Assembly (NCBI RefSeq): GCF_006345805.1
Contig: NC_043013.1
Coordinates: 31,434,001-31,498,000, forward strand
DNA: 64,000 nucleotides
From: Octopus sinensis
Taxonomy: Eukaryota
Reading direction: 5' to 3'
In this document: in pieces, positions 57,401-64,000 of the stretch
Numbering within the stretch: the stretch's first letter is position 1
How the letters are laid out: each line of letters begins with the position of its first letter
The notes under the pieces: model-generated
Told to the model about the DNA's origin: nothing
Seen by the model: the letters and a program-made list of their open reading frames with translations, nothing else
Databases searched by the model: none
Made by a program: the position numbers and the translations under genes

Positions 57401-57875
57401 TGTGTAGACATTCCTGCGAAAGTATTTTCGAGGTTTAACATGACGCATGAGCAGACACGTGTTGCTTTGTTTGTCGTTGCTTCTTTTATCAGTAGCTAGG
57501 TGTTATTTTTTGATGAATGTGTTTACGATTACATTTTGGCATTGTATTAAGATAAGAGTACAGGGTCCATAAGATATCTTCTAATTTCAGTGAATTCTAA
57601 TAAATTATGTAAGCATTTTCTTTATATAACTTTGTAGTTTCATAGAATAATATGTAATAGCTCCTTACTGTAAGTGTATCGTGAGCCTATGAAACAGTGT
57701 TGTACGCTTGGCTGAAATATAACCACCAAAGTTGTGAAGTATGCAACGCTTTCTTTTACAGTTAAATTTATTGGTCATCTATAGTGTGCCTTTCGGCTCA
57801 TATGTTTCTGATATGTTATTGATTAAAAATGTTTTTATGCGCACGCGTAGGTGTGTATGTGTAAGATTAGTGTAT

Positions 57876-58278
57876 TGTGGCTGTGTGGTAAGCAGCTTGC
57901 TTACAAACCACATGGTTCCGGGTTCAGTCCCACTGCGTGACACCTTGGCCAAGTGTCTTCTTGTTTAGCCTCGGGCCAACCAAATCCTTGTGAGTCGATT
58001 TGGTAGACGGAAACTGAATAATCCCATCGTATATATGTATTTATGTATGTATGTGTGTGCATATGTTTGTGCGTCTGTGTTTGTCCCCCGAACATCGCTT
58101 GAGAACCGATGATGGTGTGTTTACGTCCCCGTGACTTAACGTTTCGGCAAAAGAAACCGATAGAATAAGTACTAGGCTTCTAAATAATAAGTCCTGGGGC
58201 CGATTTACTCGACTAAAGACCGTGCTCCAGCATGGCCGCAGTCAAATGGCTGAAACGAGTAAATGAGTAAAAGAGTAA
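57876..58278 (+). mobile_element. SINE family B composite, full length
   Basis: Same architecture as 54584-55053, opposite strand. Confidence 0.9.
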
Positions 58279-58518
58279 AATAGTAAAGTTCACGATTTTG
58301 TTTCAGACATTTTATTTTAGTATGTCCAACACTATATATGCCTTTGCTTTATGTGATAGATTATATGTGTTTTGTGCATTTCTCTTTGCTGTAATCTGTT
58401 ATATTTTGTACATTGTGCTGGTGGTTGACGCCCGAAGCATTTTGAGATTTGATCCACTGTATATCATGCACAAATGTGCAAACTTATATGTATGTATACA
58501 CACACATACACACACACA

Positions 58519-58564
<46 letters not shown>

Positions 58565-58613
58565 ATAGGAAAGAATGGAGCTGAACGAAGATTTAACAAA
58601 ATTCCTTTATTTT

Positions 58614-58699
58614 ATTTTCGACATATGTTTCGAAGTCTGCAAAGTCCCTAATTCCGAATGAATAAGGTGTCCATTATGCAGCTTTCTCTTCAGGAAAAT
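58614..58699 (-). ncRNA. Type I hammerhead ribozyme motif, intact core
   Basis: Minus strand reads attttc CTGAAGA gaaagctgca..tgcagacttc GAAAC atat GTC gaaaat: 6-bp stem I, G10.1-C11.1, palindromic stem III acatatgt, GUC triplet. Confidence 0.8.
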
Positions 58700-59404
58700 C
58701 CAGGAACTTGATTCTCCAACAAAATGCACAACAGGTTTTTCGATGACTGCTCTCTAGGATAATCATTATCTTTATGGGCTCCTTGTTATATATATATATA
58801 TTATATATATATATATATATACATGCACGTTTGAATATATGTATAAAGTATGTATATATGTATATATGTGTGTGTATGTATGTATGTATATATGTGTATA
58901 TCTATGTGTATGTATGTATGTATGTATACTTGCGTAATATTATTCTTAGTACTACATTTAAAATTCATCTCCCTCATTACTTTCAGATTAGTATCAATCC
59001 ACATAATGCTTTGTAATATTCATAGAAACATACACGGAATCTTTTTAATATATAACTCCAGTATTATCACTGTATGGAAACCTCATAATTAGTGTTATAT
59101 AGTGAGTTCGCCATAAACAAAAAAAAGGAGTGACTATTATTCCTGTTCATTGAACCGAAGGCTATTCATAGAATTATTATTTCGTTGTATTTTAGAACAA
59201 AAAATATATAATTCATCAATGCAAAAAGTAAAAATGAAAAGATGCTACAGACCAAAGACATAATTGAAGTAATTATAATAAAATTACAGGAACATATGTT
59301 TTGTATAATGGATGCAGAGTATTCATATATATATATATATATATATATACATACATACATAGAGGGTTTGGGTGCGCTATATATATATATAGATATATAG
59401 ATAT

Positions 59405-59455
<51 letters not shown>

Positions 59456-59935
59456 TCGGTATATATATGCGTGATAGTGTATGTATGTATATAAATATAT
59501 ATCTTCCACCCTATACTTGTCTCAGTCGTCAGACTGCGGGCCATGCTGGAGTACCTCATCAAAGAATATTTAGTCGAATGTTATCCTATTTCCTGACTGC
59601 TTCATGATCACACGTTGCTCCGACCCATGACACACAGCGTTAAAAATATTGCCCGTTCCTAGCCTCTTTTAGAGCACACATATCCTAAGTATCCATACGA
59701 ACACGTATCATACCGCTTGTGTTCTCTAGAATCATCTTGTGCGCTGCGTAGAGTGTGTGCACGTGTTTGCGTGCTGGCTGTATATGTGCATGTTTGTAAT
59801 ATATATAAAGAGAGAGTGAGAGATAGAAAGAGAGAGAATGAGACAGACATAGATCATAGACAGATAGATAAATTGATGGATAGATAGATAGATCGATCGA
59901 TCGATTCATAGATAGATAAATAGATAGATAGATAT

Positions 59936-60016
<81 letters not shown>

Positions 60017-60039
60017 GATAGATAGATAGAGATATATAG

Positions 60040-60072
<33 letters not shown>

Positions 60073-60073
60073 T

Positions 60074-60114
<41 letters not shown>

Positions 60115-60143
60115 GATAGATATATAGATAGATAGATAGATAG

Positions 60144-60206
<63 letters not shown>

Positions 60207-60227
60207 TAGATGTATAGAGATGTATAG

Positions 60228-60317
<90 letters not shown>

Positions 60318-61454
60318 GCAGGCAGATAGGTAGATTGGCGTTCTTAGATGTGTGTATTGCAAGGATGCTGCTGCACATCTAATTAGAGGTATTTAGATGC
60401 CTTCACACTCAATAGATAGTATTTAACCTATGCACAAACGAAAGCCTTGCATAGTTCTGTCATGAGCTCCTCTTGAAGCACATGGAAAATGACATCATTA
60501 GATAATTCATGAAAAGACATTTTCTATCCGAAGGGAATTTATGAACCAAAATATACACGCTATCATTTATAACTCATCTTCTTCAAGTTCCTACTTTCCC
60601 AAAACAGAATTATTTCATATACATACATACATATTCTCTGTGTGCCTGAATGCCTGTTTACGTGTACACGTTCGGCATGTAGCTAGCTGCATTTGTGTTC
60701 CTGTCTGCCTCACAATAGCCATTATGATATACAATCATTGAGCATTAAACTGCAGTTGATCTTCAATTTGCCTGATACGACTCAATTTGCTGCTATGAAA
60801 ATATTTGTTATCCAAGGCATTAGCCAACGTAACAATCATACCATTATTACATTGTTACAAAAACGTGCACGTACTGAAGTTTCTCTTTCGCAATTCACAC
60901 TTCAGATTCTATTCTCAAAACACAAGCTACGTAAGTTAGATCTTTATTCGTAAGTTCATCTTGACTTCAATCAAATACCTAATGAAAAGAAAAAAGTGAT
61001 ACTTTGAAATGTCATTCTATAAAAAAAACAACATTTCTCAGAATATGCAATACATATATATATTTCGCATGTTCATAAAATGGTTACTGCTATGCGAGTG
61101 TAAATAGTTAACGGCACCATAGAAAGTTTTTACGACGTCACGTGGTCAGAAATGATAGTTGTTAATTATGTAAGCATTAAAAACAACGTCATTTGAGGAA
61201 GAGCTAATGTGGAAACAATATATGAATATATATATATACAAATACACACACACTCGCATACACGCACACACACACATATATATATAATATATATATATAT
61301 ATATACGTACATATTTATATGTGTATGTATATACTTATATTTTCACATATATATGTATATATGCACATGTATATACATAAATATTCGTTTTTATCTCTGC
61401 ATATTTGTTTCTACATATGTATATAGTTAGATACATAAACGAACATAGATAGAA

Positions 61455-61513
<59 letters not shown>

Positions 61514-61514
61514 T

Positions 61515-61824
61515 AAGTTTCTTTATTGGCCACACAGGGCTGCACACAGATGGGACAAGTTACAAGGTAGAGCTTTTCTTTTGGGGGATGAAGAGAACAA
61601 AAAACAAAAGAAAAAAAACGGGGGTGGCGTAGGTTTTCGATCAAGAGGGATTGTAAAAGGGAAGAAAAGAACAAAAACAAAAAAAAATGAATAAAATAAA
61701 AAGAATAAAAAGAAAAAAAAGAAAAGGAAAAGGAACAAACGGAAAGAGAAATGAAAAAAGAAGAAAAAGGGGAAAAAAGGGGAAGAGGAAAAAAAAAGAA
61801 CGATCAATAGGGATCGTGTATCAC

Positions 61825-61825
<1 letters not shown>
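61515..61825 (-). mobile_element. Truncated retroposon 3' end inserted in a (GATA)n/(GACA)n array
   Basis: Pyrimidine-rich UTR ending gtcccatctgtgtgcagccctgtgtggccaataaagaaa, flanked by tetranucleotide arrays; a related short tail at 13464-13520 also abuts (GATA)n. Confidence 0.65.
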
Positions 61826-61917
<92 letters not shown>

Positions 61918-62279
61918 TATTAAAGAATCCAGACAATCCTTTACCGCTACTTCTAGGATTCGGTGCTCAATAACTTCAGTAATGTGTATACTGCGTGCTT
62001 ATACAGGCGAGGAAGTGCTGAAAAGATGTTGATATTAAGTTTATTGCGAACGGCCTGGTTGGAAGCCCAAACATCATAGTTCTGCAATGAGTGTGTGAAT
62101 CTGAGAAGTGGATATCTTGGATAAAATCATAATTACCTGAACACCTGTATTTTCTTTTACCCAAAGCTAGGAACACTGCGGTGACCCCTCGTATGGCAGA
62201 TATGTGTTAGGGATGCATATGAAACAAGAGAACGCAGAGATCGCAAACTACAGGCAAGGCAACACCAACGCCCTCTCAA

Positions 62280-62530
62280 CGATTAACTGTAGAGTATTTT
62301 TAAAATGAAAAATAATCTCAAACCAGAATACAAAAAATGAACCCAACCGGTCTCAAAAATTAACTAACAAGACGGGGAAATAATCTAGCAATCCTGTTCG
62401 GTACCGGATCGATCCCAAAATCTAATCAGTTCTTGGCAGTTACGAAGCCAGACATCGCTGAAAATTTCATTCGAATACATCCAGCGGTTCTTGGGGTGTA
62501 TTGACCACGGACAAACAAACAAAGAAATAA
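62280..62530 (+). mobile_element. Possible non-autonomous interspersed repeat (Helentron/DINE-like)
   Basis: ccggatcgatcccaaaatctaatcag..aaatttcattcgaat..acggacaaacaaac pattern recalled from such repeats; single copy in this window. Confidence 0.3.
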
Positions 62531-62684
62531 ATTGTTGACCTCAGTTCGAATTTTGTTCTAAACAAACTTAGATTTTTCTGTTAGTATCAACTTGTGCCCA
62601 TCCCCTTAGCTTCCCCTTTCCTTTCTCTTTGACAGCTTAAATAGCAGTAACTGATTAAATTTCTACCTCCTTCCTCTTTCTGTG

Positions 62685-63130
62685 ATTCTTGATAAATTCA
62701 TTAACAACCTGAACCGCTACAATATAAGACTGTCATTTTGCTTCTCATTCGGATTCCCTGATATTTTTCGCATGATTGTACCCTAAATCTCTTCACAAAA
62801 CTGGATTATGAACTATAAGGACATACACATATTTTGTAAGTTCAAAACTTTTTCATCGGATCTCCAAAAAATCGAACTTATCTGCGATTCTTGTAAATTT
62901 CAATAACAATCTGTTCCTCTACACGATATGACAGTTACTTTCCTTTTACTCAGACTTTCCTCTACATGATATGGAAGTCACTTTGCCTCTTACTCGGATT
63001 TTCAGAAATTTTGCATGACTGTATCCGAAAATTTCTTCACACAACTTGATCAAATATTCAATATGAGCTATATGTAGACATGCATAAATTCTATAGGTTT
63101 AAAACCTTTCATCGGATCTCCATGAATCGA
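62685..63130. repeat. Diverged tandem duplication with a nested 40-bp repeat
   Basis: gattcttg..aaattc, cttcaca.aact.gat and ttcatcggatctcca each occur twice; ttcctctaca.gatatg occurs twice. Confidence 0.7.
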
Positions 63131-63206
63131 ATTTTCTTCAATGCAGCTAATCTTACAACCTCTTTTGTATCTACCCCTTTTGATGTTTGGGAATTCTCTG
63201 ATGTTT

Positions 63207-63294
63207 TTTCGGCTGACGAGTACGAGCCATCTGTATTCACTGCATTTTTTGTAGCTTATTAAAGATGTCCTCGTACGAAACGATCGTACCGAGA
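63207..63294 (+). ncRNA. Type I hammerhead ribozyme motif, intact core
   Basis: Stem I tttcgg/ccgaga; core CTGACGA (63213-63219); stem II gtacgag/ctcgtac (7 bp perfect) plus catct/agatg; GAAAC; palindromic stem III acgatcgt; GTA cleavage triplet (cut after 63288). Confidence 0.85.
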
Positions 63295-63442
63295 TTTTAA
63301 TCCATTCTTGTTGCTTTTTTTCCTATTTGTAATCACCCCACTTGTCGTATGGTTAACACCATATAGATTTCCGGTGCATCCTAGTTAAGGACCATATTCA
63401 TGTGAATTCTTTAGAATTCACTAGAATCTCAATTACTTAACC

Positions 63443-63494
<52 letters not shown>

Positions 63495-63670
63495 AAGTCA
63501 AATTGCGATAAAATAAAATTAATTATTATCGCTGGTATTTCTAGCACAAGCCATATATTATTCATATATCAGTACATTAAGGCGAAATATGTGCTAGAAA
63601 CACAGAAGCTAGATAAATTTAGTGAAATGAAGATAAAAACATTTACTAACTCGGTTATATATATATATAT

Positions 63671-63820
63671 GACGGGCTTCTTTCCGATTCCGTCAACCAA
63701 ATCCACTCACAAGGCTTTGCTCGGCCCGAGGCTATAGTAGAAGACACTTGCCCAAGGTGCCGCGCTGTGGGACTGAACCCGGAACCGTGTGGTTGGAAAA
63801 CAAGCTTCTTAACACACACC
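63671..63820 (-). mobile_element. SINE family B, head module
   Basis: Reverse complement of head and CORE-like segment. Confidence 0.85.
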
Positions 63821-64000
63821 GTATATATGTATGTATATAAGTATATATGTATGTATGTATGTACCAATGAATATATGTAATTCTCTTTTATCTAAATATA
63901 TATCGTAAATTTGATTATGGTTAAGATACTATAATGCAATTTAAAGAATATAAATGCTTGTCTGACAGGATTACGATGATTTGATTCTTTAGACTGAAGC

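Overview
AT-rich, microsatellite-dense eukaryotic DNA, almost certainly an animal intron/intergenic region. The SINE families and the (TA)n/(AAT)n/(GATA)n load match what I know of octopus genomes; that assignment is inference. Nearly all supplied ORFs are microsatellite artefacts. The window contains: (i) three tRNA-derived SINE-like families in many copies, several with target-site duplications; (ii) decayed non-LTR retroelements (R4/Dong-type RLE end, RTE C-terminus, Penelope-like GIY-YIG, faint RT remnants); (iii) a phase-consistent chain of about 10 candidate minus-strand exons (29.1 kb to 2.8 kb) encoding a protein I cannot name; (iv) a cluster of type I hammerhead-ribozyme motifs at 53.6-63.3 kb. 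The cluster has five motifs with canonical cores from three sequence families, two of them in opposite orientation in a 178-bp inverted repeat. A sixth motif is a variant with the C3-G8 core pair swapped to G3-C8. Structures were folded by eye and activity is untested.
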